Source of the DNA: Octopus sinensis
Taxonomy: Eukaryota
DNA length: 64,000 nt
Reading direction: 5' to 3'
Assembly: GCF_006345805.1 (NCBI RefSeq)
Contig: NC_043020.1
Coordinates: 26,908,001 to 26,972,000 of the forward strand
The notes under the pieces were generated by a model that ran no database searches, had not been told where the DNA came from, and worked only from the letters and a program-made list of their open reading frames with translations. Each line of letters begins with the position of its first letter. Positions within the stretch are counted from its first letter, which is position 1. The translations under genes and the position numbers were made by a program. Of the stretch, positions 25,702 to 38,470 are shown in pieces.

Positions 25702-26849
25702 AGTATATATAATTTCTCTTCTACACATAGTATACAAAAGTTACACATACAGAAAAATGCAAGGTTATGAATGTCACAAAAGAACTTAAAAAGAAGGAAT
25801 GACAATTCTAATGAAAAATTAAGGCGACATTTTTGAAAAACAACATAACATAGAACAATAACACTGACAACAACAACGACAAGAATAACAACAACAACAA
25901 TAATAATAATAATAACAACAACAACTAATGAATTGCTTGAATTAAGAAAGGCAAGAAATGGACAAAAAAAGGAAAATAAAATCTTTTAAAAGAGGAAATA
26001 GCGAATGGGTATTGAGAGTGATAATGATGCTGGCAAAGACAAGGGTGATGACGATGATGATGAGGAAGGAAGTGATGACAACGACGAAGAAAATGATAAT
26101 GCTGAATCCCCAGATTACCCTTAACCCAGCAGATGATCTATGATTCTCAAGTGCGTCTCGACCGTGGCCATCCACTCTTAATGATAACGTTGTTTAATTA
26201 AACAACAACAGTAGCATCAATAACAACACAATGACGGGAGTTGCTAAACAAGACATTAGGGGCCACTCCCTACCCCATGAACCTCACTGAATCACATCTA
26301 CCCTTATTCACTCGATGTCTGAGTGAAGGCTTTATGCGTTGAGATTAAATGACTTAATGAAGATATTCATGCTAAAGGGTGGTCTTCATTTATTAGATGC
26401 ATGACCAAAGAGTTTCCTTCCGTGACCACCCTGACTTAATATAAGTCATATTGTGACCTATGAGTACATACATTATCGCCTGCATGAGTGAACGCATTTT
26501 CATGATGGGGTAAATTGTGTGCCGTGAGGGATATTTAGCTGCTATATCTGGCACATCGACCAGCCACACAGAGGCACTGTTGACCCGCTCACTCCCAGTT
26601 GTCCCGCGGCTGCCGTGCATTTCGGAGGGGAGGGATATATTATACCATTATAGCCAGGGCCCTAGAATTAAATACATAGCAATGATTATAAATCAAGGGG
26701 ACGTCACTCTAGCTTTAGTAATCTGTTTCTTTGTTTATTTTTAAATAATTCTTTATGTGAGATCTTTTGTATTTAGACATACACAACACAAACCCATTTC
26801 TTTGATGCACGCACATGAAAAGATGTGTGTGTGTGTGTAATATATATAA

Positions 26850-27010
26850 AGCACCCACTAGACTCTCGGAATGGCTGGCGATAGGAAGGGCATCCAGCTG
26901 TAGAAACTCTGCCAAACCAAGATTGGAGCCTGGTGCAACCATCTGGTTCTCCAGCCCTCACTCAAAATCGTCCAACTCATGCTAGCATGGAAAGCGGACG
27001 TTAAACGATG
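26850..27010 (+). mobile_element. SINE family C, 3' part
   Basis: AGGAAGGGCATCCAGCTGTAGAAACTCTGCC..CATGCTAGCATGGAAAGCGGACGTTAAACGATG. Confidence 0.8.
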
Positions 27011-27306
27011 TGTGTGTGTGTGTGAGAGAGAGTATAAGTGATACTCTTCACCTCATGAAAAGGCATGAACACCACAGAATCACATCTCCTACTCTCGTTT
27101 GCTCCATCTCTGTAAAAGTAAATGAAGTTATTTACACACATGCACACACAAAACCAATGTCCACAATTTTTAAGTTGTGCATACGTGTGTATATGTGTTT
27201 GTGTATTTATGTATCTATATATATGTGTGTGTGTGTGTATGTATGTGTATATATGTGTGTGTGTAGAATTATAAAACACACACACACACACATATATATA
27301 TGTATG

Positions 27307-27339
<33 letters not shown>

Positions 27340-27359
27340 GGGGAGGAGTTTACGAAAAA

Positions 27360-27530
27360 AACAAAAGACGAAGACAGGTGGTGTAAAAAATAAACAGATG
27401 TATTAGTATAACGCTCAGGAATAGAAAAAGTTTTTTATGTTTCGAGCCTACGCTCTTCTACAGAAAGGGACACAAAAAAAACAAGGAGAGAAAAAAATGT
27501 GTGTAGTGGCTCACGATCTATCATGGCGAT
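27360..27530 (-). mobile_element. Short PLE-like repeat with a minimal hammerhead-like motif (27431-27468)
   Basis: Minus strand CUUU CUGUAGA A GAGC GUAG GCUC GAAACAUA. Same family as 11270 and 52905. Confidence 0.6.
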
Positions 27531-28599
27531 ATATATGAGAGAGAGAGACGGAGAGAGTTTTCTATTACTTCTACCAATCTACCATTATCGGTTTAACGTC
27601 TACTTTACCGTATTCGCATGAGTCAGGTATAATGTTCTGCATGTGTATTTTCTACGCCCGGGAGCCCTTCGTGTCACCAACCCTCACTTGTTTCCAAATG
27701 TAACAGATAAGATTTCCGCAAGGACTGACGACGCGGAAGATTGGAAATAAAAGACACCGCTCGCATAACGATGACACTTGTTTACCACTGTCACTTGATG
27801 TCAAGGTAAAGAACATAGATGATAACAGACACACGTGCGTGCACATACACACCATGGGTTTCTTTCAGTTTCCGTCTGTCAAACCCACTCACAAAGGTAC
27901 TGGTCAAACTGAGGCTACACTTCTCTAAAGAGGCTCGCAGTGGGCCGGAACCCAGAATCATGTGGTTGAGAAATATACACCTCACCAAATAGCCACGCCT
28001 GCGTATATGTATGCATGTATATATGAACGCAAATCTCTGTGTGGGAAGGAGATTATAGCCTAACTCCTGGTATAAGATACCTGGTATCTTATTTAAATTC
28101 AGTGGAATTTGAACTCACAAACGGAATGAGACGGTATAGGTAGACAGGCAGACATTTAAAGCATTTCGAAAGGCGTGCAACAGAGTAGAAATGTGAGGTG
28201 GATGGGTGGGGGGTGGGGTGAATGAAAAAGAAAAAAAGAAAGAAAATAAGAGAAGGGAAAGAAAACGGGTATCGGTTTCGTTGATATATTAGAAGAGTGA
28301 TTTAAAATAGTTTGAAATTCGTCGATGGTTTAAACACATTTTATACGCATCTTATACACCCACACGAAGACGTACAAATACACGTTTCTATAAAACGAAA
28401 CGAAACAAAGCAAAAAAAAAAAAATAAAATGAAGAAACAATGAACGCATGACTTGCGATTCGGGTTAAATACGTGTGTGTGTGTGTGTGTGTGTACTGGT
28501 TCTTGTTATGGTGAAAGGAAAAACGGGTGTGGTAATAGAGGGTATATACAACAATACAGCAATACAGAGCGACCTGTGTATTGGAGACGAACCGACATG

Positions 28600-28820
28600 T
28601 CTGTAATGGCGTCACACAGCCTATACCGAGAGCAGAAAAATGGCGGCCGTACAACATGAGACAGTTCTGGTCAAACGATATCCGCGTTCCCGGAAATACA
28701 CTTGTGTATGTGTGTTGGATGAACCAAAGCTGGTGAAAGTCTCTATGTGTACGTTCGACCTCTTGAAAAAAAAATCCAAAAATCTCCCACAAATCACGCC
28801 TTGGCCGTCTTTAAAATAAA
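28600..28820 (+). promoter_or_regulatory. CpG-containing promoter-like / candidate first-exon region
   Basis: YY1-type AAAATGGCGGC at 28637-28647 and ETS-type CCGGAAAT at 28690-28697. A 59-codon ATG ORF spans 28640-28819, with donor-like GTATGT (28706) and GTACGT (28749). Confidence 0.3.
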
Positions 28821-29045
28821 GCAAGAAAAAAATTAATGGCTGAAATTTTATATCATGGCTCTTTTCAGTAGCGCTTGACCTGCTAGAAATAGCAACAAAT
28901 TCTCTTCAAATCACACACATTTGTTTAAAATGTTAAGAATACAATGGTTGATGTTTATGTGTGCGTGTGCGGAACGGGATTCCACAGAGTTTCCGTCGAC
29001 CAAATTCACTTATGTGGTAGTTAGTAGTTGACCAGGATCTACAAT

Positions 29046-29316
29046 CTTCTTCTTCTTACAGCATTCACCCAGGGTGGGTTGAGCTGGCTTCATTCATCCT
29101 CAATGCTGCATCTCTCACAAACGCCGACCAGGCTTGGCGATTTGAGGCTAACGACCGCGTGATCTCCAACCACTCCTTATTCCAGCGGCGAACGCTGTAG
29201 ATATGGGGGCCTAGGTTGGGTTCCAGATCAGCTTTGACTGTCATCAGCCAGGTTTTTCGTTGTCTATCACATCGCTTTCGCCAACCCTGAAGGGGAGCTG
29301 GGGCAATTGCTTCATA
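29046..29316 (-). mobile_element. 5'-truncated RTE-clade LINE (ORF2 C-terminus) inserted into a SINE
   Basis: Minus 29319-29065 reads IYEAIAPAPLQGWRKRCDRQRKTWLMTVKADLEPNLGPHIYSVRRWNKEWLEITRSLASNRQAWSAFVRDAALRMNEASSTHPG*. It has a (GAA)n tail and a perfect TSD GATCTACAAT at 29036-29045 and 29317-29326. Confidence 0.9.
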
Positions 29317-30455
29317 GATCTACAATGAAAGATATTTGCCCAAGGTGCCGCGCAGTGGCACTGAATCCGAAACCAAGTGGTTGTAAAAGCGATGTAAACC
29401 ACATAGATATGCTTGCGCTTATGAAAATTTTAGTGGGATTTGGTTTCTATTTCTAGCAACTCAACTCTTCATTTACCTAAATTCGAAAACTGCTGCAATA
29501 ATTAGTGTTTTGAAGTCGGTTCACGAAGAAGAATTGAACCCAGTTCATTGCCAACTAGATTCAACATTTGGCTGCACTACACGGTCAAACTCACGGAATT
29601 CATTAGGACAAATGATAAAAGAAACACTACGAACTAATTAGACTTGCAACTTTTAGCTTGGCGAAAATTCTCACCCGAGGAGAAATAACGCCGTTCCATT
29701 GTAGGGAAACTTGGTACTTTCAGTGAAGAAAACTGCTTTTAGATTGGAAAATTTTATATCATTGATCAATCATGATTCATACTGATCTCGAAGATGTTAA
29801 TGGTAAATTAATATACGATTGCTAATGTCACGTAATGGTATTGTATACAAGACCACTTTAATACGACGCTGATAAAGTAATGCAATAACGTTGCATGCAA
29901 GGCTGATATAAATCTGTTAACGATATATGATAGTGCTGTATTCTAACAAACTACTTTGATATAAAGCTGTCAACGTTATGCAACAGTGTTCTTGTACATC
30001 GATGTTGCATATTCCAGTATTAGGCATTTAATGTGATGCAAACATAATGAATTGTACACAAAGTAACTCTGTTTTTCTAATCCTATGTGTAGAATCAGGA
30101 TATGGCTTAGACAAAAGAGAAATTTAAAAGTAGACTCTTGCCCCAAAATCAATGAAAATGTTAGGCTCGTCCCTCTCTTCTTATCTATGTACACACACAA
30201 AGACACGCAAACAGAAACGCACACACACACATATATACACATATATAAATGTGTGTGTCCGTCCACTGCTTAACAACCAGTGTTTGTTTGTTTCCTTCCC
30301 CCTAACTTAGCGGCTCCGCAAAAAGAGACTGATGGAATAGGTACTAGGTTTAAACAGAATAACTACTGGAGTCGAGCTATTCAACTAAACCCTAAAAGGC
30401 GGTGCCCCAGCATGGCCACAGTCCAATGACTGCAACAAGTGAAAGGTGAAAGATG

Positions 30456-30609
30456 TACTGGGTGGGGGTGCTAAAAAAATCCCTGGCTTTCGGGGCAAGA
30501 AAATGCAGGAGGATCAGTTAATTATGGTTTTATTGAACATATTCCCTTCTCAGATTCACTCACTTATTGCAGTGATACTGTAAAAGAACTCGGAAGGTTG
30601 GGGCCTCCA
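30456..30609 (-). mobile_element. Tc1/mariner-derived relic (transposase C-terminus plus TIR end)
   Basis: Minus 30571-30530 reads CNK*VNLRREYVQ*, comparable to the mariner end KC....G.YVE*. A TIR-like GGGGGTGCTAAAAAAATCCCTGGCTT lies next to TA. Confidence 0.65.
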
Positions 30610-31239
30610 GAGGCACTGATAGGTTATGGCACACCACCACTGCTCCGCTGCCGTAACAATCACCGGTGTCCCTTTCTTCCAAGATACCCATATCCACTCA
30701 ACCACAGTAGAAGAATATAGGGTCACCAAGGCTTTGACAGAGTACGACACCATCGCCGCCGCCGCCACCACCACCACCACCACCACCACCGACAGATACT
30801 ACCTTTTACGCAATCACACATATTTAACGCTCTCCCTCTCCCGCATTCCTCTCCTCCTCCTACTACTACTACACCGACCCTTCCTCCTACTCCTCCAACA
30901 TTACCGATCTAAAGCTGGCGGGTGGTTTTTTTCCCCTCTCCTACCACCCACACATAACTCTAGCTTCGATGTTAGGTCTACCTTCCACTACCACTCCCAA
31001 CTTTTTACATATGTGTGTCTACGAGGAAGGTCTCTATGAATGGTGAAGAAAAAAAAAAAGGGGGGGGAGAAGAAGACAAAAACAGATCGAATTCTTAACA
31101 TAGTAACATAATATATATTTCCTTTTTATTATTCTCGCTTCAGTTTTCTGGAACGACGAGGCAGTGTTTTATTACACATATATATATCATTACACACAAT
31201 CTTATGTATATATATATACATACACACATATATATACAC

Positions 31240-31289
<50 letters not shown>

Positions 31290-31522
31290 TTATGTACAAT
31301 CCTATATGTTTTATTACATATAGTTTATGTATAGATTTTTATTGCATATATCACTGCATATGTTTTTTTTTTATTATAAATATGATTCTATTTTACCCCA
31401 TGTTTTTTTTCAGAAAACAAATGTGTCTATTTCCCTCCCTCTCTCATAATACATGTGAGCGCGCGCATATACATACATATACACACACATGCTAAGACAT
31501 TATACATGTACACACACACGTG

Positions 31523-31557
<35 letters not shown>

Positions 31558-31606
31558 TTTTTCCCTGTAAGTTTGGAGCAATACTCCCTAATATATATAT
31601 ATATAT

Positions 31607-31857
31607 AGTGGAGGCGCAATGACCCAAATGGTTAAGGTAACGGACTCGCGGTCGTAGGATCGCGGTTTCGATTCTCCCCAACACCGCTTGACAACCGATG
31701 CTGGTGTGTTTACGTCCCCGTCACTTAGCGGTTCGGCAAAAGAGACCGATAGAATAAGTACTAGGCTTCCAAAGAATAAGTCCTGGGGTCGATTTGCTCG
31801 ACTAAAGGCGGTGCTCCAGCATGGCCACAGTCAAATGACCGAAACAAGTAAAAGAGT
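31607..31857 (+). mobile_element. SINE: tRNA-like head joined to a family-B body
   Basis: GTGGAGGCGCAATG..GGACTCGCGGTCGTAGGATCGCGGTTTCGATT followed by the family-B 3' part. Confidence 0.75.
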
Positions 31858-32469
31858 AGTATATCTATGAATAATTCGATATACATCAATAAAGATAAGT
31901 TTAACACATTAAATTAACGCGTAACATCTTCATGAACGCCGGCACTGAATTTAGGACATTGATATTACTTATGAGGTAATCTATATTTTCCAGCTAGAGT
32001 GTAGTTGGATCTCAAAGGGGTGGTATAAACCTAGCAATACATGTTTTATAGTGAAAACGAAATTTCCATTCAAATGGCAATTACCAAACGATTTTCAGTT
32101 CGAGTCTAACCGTTGTAAGTCACCTTGGAAACACAACCCATGTCACAAATAGGCTTACGAATGTTGTATAAATTTTATAATTGAAAAACTTACTATACTT
32201 TGTACATACGAATATACCAGACCGCGGGTGCAATTACACCCCGAGGACGGAGGTTTCCCTACCCTTGGTGTAGAACGTTAAGGATTATAAAAGCTTCGAC
32301 TTCTGTAACGGACCGGTAACATCAGTATGGGGTTAGCGTAGGAGCCAAGCGGAGTTTTGCGCATTACAAGTACTGAGGATGAAGACTTCAGGATGAAGTA
32401 CGATGAAGTACGTATATGTCCCCGACGATTTCAGGAATTCAAGGAACAGCAGAGGAAGTAGATATGTTC

Positions 32470-32606
32470 TTTTCTTCTCTAGGCACAAGACCCGAAATTT
32501 TGGGGGAAGGGCCAGTCGATTAGATCGACCCCAGTACGCAACTGGTACTTAATTTATCGACTCCGAAAGGATGAAAGGCAAAGTCGACCCCGACGGAATA
32601 AGGAAC
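32470..32606 (-). mobile_element. 5'-truncated SINE family A with an 11-bp TSD
   Basis: TSD TAGATATGTTC at 32459-32469 and 32607-32617. Confidence 0.85.
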
Positions 32607-32724
32607 TAGATATGTTCAAGGAAAATAGGGGAAGGGGCGGACCCGAATTACATGGAGAACAGGAAAGTACAATAAGGGCAGACACTATCTTTGAGAGTCA
32701 AAATGTTGGGTAATGAATGGGCGC

Positions 32725-33110
32725 AGGCGTGGCCGTATGGTTAAGAGGCTCGCATTACAGCAAAGTGGTATCGGGTTCAGTCCCACTTCTTGAGACCTTG
32801 GACAAGTGTTTTCTACAATAACCCCGAGTCGAGGAATGCCTTGTAAGTGGATTTGGTAAACGGAAAATGTGAGGAAGCCCGTTGTATTTGCGCACGTAAG
32901 AATATCTGCGTATCAGTCCCGTCCAAACACACGGCTTGACAACCGCGTTTGTTTTTACGCTCCAGTAACCGAGCAGTTCGGCAAACGAAACCGATAAAAA
33001 CTTAAAAGCAACAGGTACAGGGGGCGATTTTCTTTTCTCTATTAAGACCCTTCAACAATGTGCCCCAGTATGGCCGTAGTCCAGTGATTGAAACAGGTAA
33101 AAGGAACGAG
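32725..33110 (+). mobile_element. SINE family B (diverged, full length)
   Basis: GGCGCAGGCGTGGCCGTATGGTTAAGAG..GGGTTCAGTCCCAC..CCCAGTATGGCCGTAGTCCAGTGATTGAAACAGGTAAAAG. Confidence 0.75.
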
Positions 33111-33739
33111 ATAAAAGCAAGTGGAGTTGGTCAGGACAATGGAAATGGACCCTCAATAAAAGCCGAGCAATTTATGCCTCGTGAGGGGAGCAAAACCTGA
33201 TGTTTACCTGTTAATAAGGGGCGATTTATGGGGCTCGAAGGCTACGAATGTAAGAGAAGAAAAAGGGGGAAAATTTATTCAGCACATTTTTTTTCTTTGT
33301 ATTTTGTAGTTTGTTTTGCTTTGACATTTAGAGGGTGGTGAAGGAAGCTGGAGCACCGCGAGGTCACGACAACCCCCTGCGGGTAGCCTAGTCTGGATTT
33401 TTACAGAATGAACCCACGAAAGATATACCTGGAGCCCAGGAGGTCTTGTTACTACTACCGATCGCTACCGCCGCCGCTACCACAGCCAGTTTTTGCTCTC
33501 CTCACCACAGAATGTATTGTATACCATACCACCTCTTTCTCTCTCTCTCTCTCTGTCTCTCTCTCTCACCTTTTTCATGGTCGGCTGAACACAAAATTGA
33601 ATGCATGTGTGTATGTAGGTATGTATGTTCTTTTTCACCAGATTTGTCGTCTTACCTTTCAGGTAAAATGAAAATTAAGGTCGCCAGTCTTTTCAACTCA
33701 CCTACAAAAGCATTTTAGCTCACCCTTCAATAAACACAG

Positions 33740-33905
33740 CCACCACCGCCGCCGCCACCACCAACAACAACGTCATCACTCACCACCACAACTACTACTA
33801 CCACCACCACCATTTCTTACCAAAGATCACGACTACCACCACCACCACAACCACTATTACCACCACCACTACCACCATTTATTACCAAAGATCACCACTA
33901 CCACC

Positions 33906-33948
<43 letters not shown>

Positions 33949-33970
33949 ATTCTTACCAAACATCACGTGT
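33740..33970 (+). repeat. (CAC/TAC)n low-complexity tract with three ATT(T/C)xTTACCAAAxATCAC motifs
   Basis: Motif recurs at ~33812, ~33877 and ~33948. Confidence 0.8.
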
Positions 33971-34139
33971 ACCACCACCACCACCATCATCGTTATAAAC
34001 AAACCAACAGAAACACAACCACTGCTACCATCAACTGTCACCACCACCAACAACAACAACAACAGCTCCAAACTACCTCCTCCACCACCATTACCACTAC
34101 AACGAAAAATACCACCAGTTATCAACAACATCAACACCA

Positions 34140-34537
34140 CCACCACCACTGCCAGCAACCATCACCAACACCCACGCCACTACGACTTACTACCACCAAT
34201 ACCATCACAACCACCACCACCACCACTGCCAGCAACCATCACCAACACCCACGCCACTACGACTTACTACCACCAATACCATCACAACCACCACCACCAC
34301 CACTGCCAGCAACCATCACCAACACCCACGCCACTACGACTTACTACCACCAATACCATCACAACCACCACCACCACCACTGCCAGCAACCATCACCAAC
34401 ACCCACGCCACTACGACTTACTACCACCAATACCATCACAACCACCACCACCACCACTGCCAGCAACCATCACCAACACCCACGCCACTACGACTTACTA
34501 CCACCAATACCATCACAACCACCACCACCACCACCAC
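34140..34537 (+). repeat. Minisatellite, five copies of a 77-bp unit
   Basis: ACTGCCAGCAACC starts at 34148, 34225, 34302, 34379 and 34456. Confidence 0.95.
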
Positions 34538-34646
34538 ATCTGCCACAGCATCATCACTACTAACGATCAAACATACCACGACCTCAGCCATCACAATACC
34601 CCTCCCCCCGTACAACCACTGCGACAGAAACTACTACTACTACTAC

Positions 34647-34689
<43 letters not shown>

Positions 34690-34910
34690 CCTTTCTATTA
34701 TAGGCACATGGCATGACAATTTTTGAGGGGAGGGGTAAGTCGATTGCGTTGACCCGAGTACTCGACAGGTACTTGATTTATCGACCATAAAGGACGAAAG
34801 GTAAAGTCGACCTCGGCGGAATACTACTACTACTACTAATAATAATAATAATACGACGACCACCACCACCTCTACCACAACTACAATGACCACGACCACC
34901 ACCACAGCAA

Positions 34911-34941
<31 letters not shown>

Positions 34942-35610
34942 AACGAGCACCTCCGACACCACCTCACCATTATAACTACTACTACTACTACTACTAACTA
35001 CTACTACTACTACCACTACTGCATTATACAAAGTAACACGAGAAAGACAGAGCCGTGTTTGTGTTTGTACATTGAATATGATAGCCACAAACTGTGTGTA
35101 TTGACAAAACGAAATACCAAAGAGAAAAGAAGAGCAAGGAGGAGAACCAAATAAATAAATAAAATAAATAAATAAATACTACATAATAATAATAATAATA
35201 ATATAAAGAAGAAGAAAAAAATAAGTGCTTAAAATATGAAAAAGTCGTGATGTATGCATTTGCTTGTACGGTCTGTTTCTTTTGGACAGAGTAATATTCC
35301 TGAGGAGGAGGAGGAGAAGAAGGAGAGAGAGGGAGAGAGAGAAGTGAAAAGAGAGAAAAGCCTTATGTGATTGTAATAGAAAGATATATTCATAAGAATA
35401 ATAGAAAGGAGGAGAGCCATTTTGTATACGCATGTATGTATATTGTACGCATATATAAGTATATGTATATGTATATATATATATATACATATACATACAT
35501 ACATATATATGACCTAATCTCGGTTTCTTATTTATGCTTCAATATGTGCTGTGTGTAGACATTTGTACGTGTTCATGCATATACACACACTCACACATAT
35601 ACATATATTT

Positions 35611-35663
<53 letters not shown>

Positions 35664-36114
35664 GAAATTCGGTACCTCATTTCGTATATAAAATACCTGT
35701 ACATCATCTCCAAACTTTCTAATATATATATATATACACACACACTCAGTTGTACGTACTTGTATACATTCACATATACGGTACATACATATATACTCGC
35801 ATATAATGCGCACACGAATACATATTCACACACACGTACGCAGACATATGGTAAACTATCAAAACAAGATACTGAGATCACGTCGTAGTTGGGTTAACAC
35901 TTAAAACCTTTTATCTTTTTAGGTGTAAAACTGTAAAAAGAGAATGTTACCAAACAAAAAAAAAAGGGAAATAAAAAGCAAAAGAGATGAAAAGAAAGAA
36001 GAGAAAACTAATTTTTAAAAGAAAAAGAATAAACTTCCCCACCCACCCTCATCACCTATTTCAGCGATTCATACAAATTTTCTTTCAAGGGTCTCAGGCA
36101 TAATATATTTGGAG

Positions 36115-36452
36115 CAGGGGTACCCAATTGTGGCCAGTAGGGTCTCCGAGGATCCGTATAAGATCTTGGGGGGTCCACGCAAGGAAAATAATTAATTGGG
36201 GATACGTTGTAGTATTTTAAGGATCCACGGAAACGATTCGGTTTAGAGGTTTCCTGCAAGAAACGGCAAGGTTTCTGTCTCTGATGTTTCACATCGTTCA
36301 AGCTGCTCAATTTAACGGCAAGAAAAACGAAATAGGAATTATGAAAGAAAAACCATTAAAAATTGTAAGCAACAAACGGCAATGGGTGGGTCCACATGAA
36401 TGAAACCTTAACCAAAGGGATCTATAGCTCTGAAAAGGGTTGAGAAACACAG
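36115..36452. mobile_element. hAT-like MITE relic
   Basis: CAGGGGTACCCAA at one end and AAAAGGGTTGAGAAACACAG at the other; internal GGGGTCC motifs typical of hAT/Charlie-type subterminal regions. Confidence 0.5.
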
Positions 36453-37419
36453 CTTTTGAGTTAACAGGCCAAGATGTAATTTATCGCCCTGTTTAACACC
36501 TACAAACTCGCTCTGAGCTCTCTTTTATGCTTTTAAAGACTCGTCCTCTTTGTCACAGCTATTCTGAGTCTATGTACGAATTCGATCTCTTCATCATAAG
36601 CTTCTGTATCCAGAAGTTGCAGATCCAAGTATTAAGATTATATATCGCGTTATATCTATCCTCCCCCATCACTCTGAGACTTGAGGACCTTCCAAAAGGT
36701 CATGGCGCTGACCTTTCGCCCTTAGACTATTCACAATAAAATGCCAAGAGACGACAGAGTCTGATATATATTATAATGCAACCTCTCTGCATAAAACAGT
36801 CGAAAAAATGGCCGCCGAGAAAACTTCAACGAAAGCCTCAAAAACCTACACACACACAAAACGTGATTATGTAAACTATGGCTGTGCGTTTGTTTGGGCG
36901 TAGGATATATGTATACAAACAAACATTTATTTATACACACATATATATACAACCCCCCCCCACAGACACTCACACACACACACATGTATATACACACACA
37001 TATGTATGCGTGCGTTCCGTCATATAATAAATTAATAAATAAAACATATGCATATATACATACATATATGTACGTAGCCACCTCTACATGTATATATACA
37101 TGTAGAGGTAGGTACGTAGAGGTATATATGCATACACACACACATATATATATATCAACACACACACATGTACATAATGTACTTCGCTATCGTTTTCGAT
37201 TTGATGATCCGCCCAGTGAATTAGTGTACGAAGTGGCTGAGTACTCCACAGATATGTGTACCATTAGAGTAATTCTTAAGCGGAATCAAACGCAAAACAA
37301 CGTGACAAGGCTTGGTTCAACCCGCAGCTATATTAGACGAACGTGCCTAAAACGCCACGCACTAGAAACGAACCCGAGATCTGATGGTTGCAACTTAACT
37401 ATCTATCCAATCATTTCAG

Positions 37420-37450
<31 letters not shown>

Positions 37451-37798
37451 CATCAATGGGCCCAGGGAAATAACCTTAGGATTCCGTCCTTTCCTGCGTG
37501 CAAAATACTCTATGGTATAGCGACTCGCATAACTCATACAATGGAACAATAAAAGTCGATTCATTGAGGTTAGATTATCCAGGTTATTAGTACAAAAAAC
37601 TCCCTCAACAAGTGTTTCAGATTAAATCACACCCCACCTCTCTGCCCCGTTTCTTTATAAATTTTAAACACGCTGACAGGGGTCTTTTTTCTCTGCTAAT
37701 TGCATAGATAAAACCATTTTATTTCTCCCAGCAACTATACCAGATCCTACCACATGTGTATACATACACATAGATATGCATATTGTGTACGTGTGTGT

Positions 37799-37867
<69 letters not shown>

Positions 37868-38269
37868 AATTATTGCAAAGCTAACTCCTAAGTAATAAAG
37901 GAACATGTTAAAGAAACGAATGTAATCGCTGAAGTTGAAAAAAATTAGGTCAGACCTCTACCACATTCAATAGTCGATTAACTATGCATGTTATAAATGC
38001 TCACTACTCTATGTAACAACATAATGAGGAGACAGAGAAAGAGAGAGAGAGCGAAACAGAGCAGCCGTGTAGGTAGGTACGCTGATTCAATGAGTTTTAA
38101 TCACAAGAAAGAACAAAGGTGGTAAATATACAAAGAATTATAAAAAGAAAGAAAAAACTGTACAAGAATAAAATACAAGAGCTTTGGAATGTCATCATCA
38201 TCATCATCATCACATCCAACATCATCAAATGAAAAACAACAATAGTAATAATAATATTCGATCCTTTAC

Positions 38270-38470
38270 TATGGGTACAAAGCCTCTAACTTGAAAGAAG
38301 GGATTAACTGATTACGTCGACCCCACTCTTCAACTGGTACTTATTTGGTCGACCCCGAAAGGATGAAAGGCAAAGTCGACCTCGGCGGAATTTGAACTCA
38401 GAACGTAACGGCAGACGAAATACCGCTAAGCATTTCGCCCGGCGTGCTAACGGTTCTGCCAGCTCACCGA
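38270..38470 (-). mobile_element. SINE family A
   Basis: GGATGAAAGGCAAAGTCGACCTCGGCGGAATTTGAACTCAGAACG..GGTTCTGCCAGCTCACC. Confidence 0.85.

Noticed and set aside
25958-26143. [13 protein letters not shown]..
   Set aside because: Built on (GAT)n/(AAC)n simple repeats.
28856-28873. Histone 3' stem-loop-like GGCTCTTTTCAGTAGC
   Set aside because: An insertion breaks the stem, no histone ORF lies upstream, and it abuts a common repeat.
33967-34563. 198-aa His/Thr/Pro-rich ORF as a protein-coding gene
   Set aside because: Produced by (CAC)n tracts and a 77-bp non-triplet minisatellite; no domain or splice evidence.
36894-37520. 208-aa ORF, longest in the track
   Set aside because: Mostly (TA/CA) microsatellite translation plus SINE-derived sequence.
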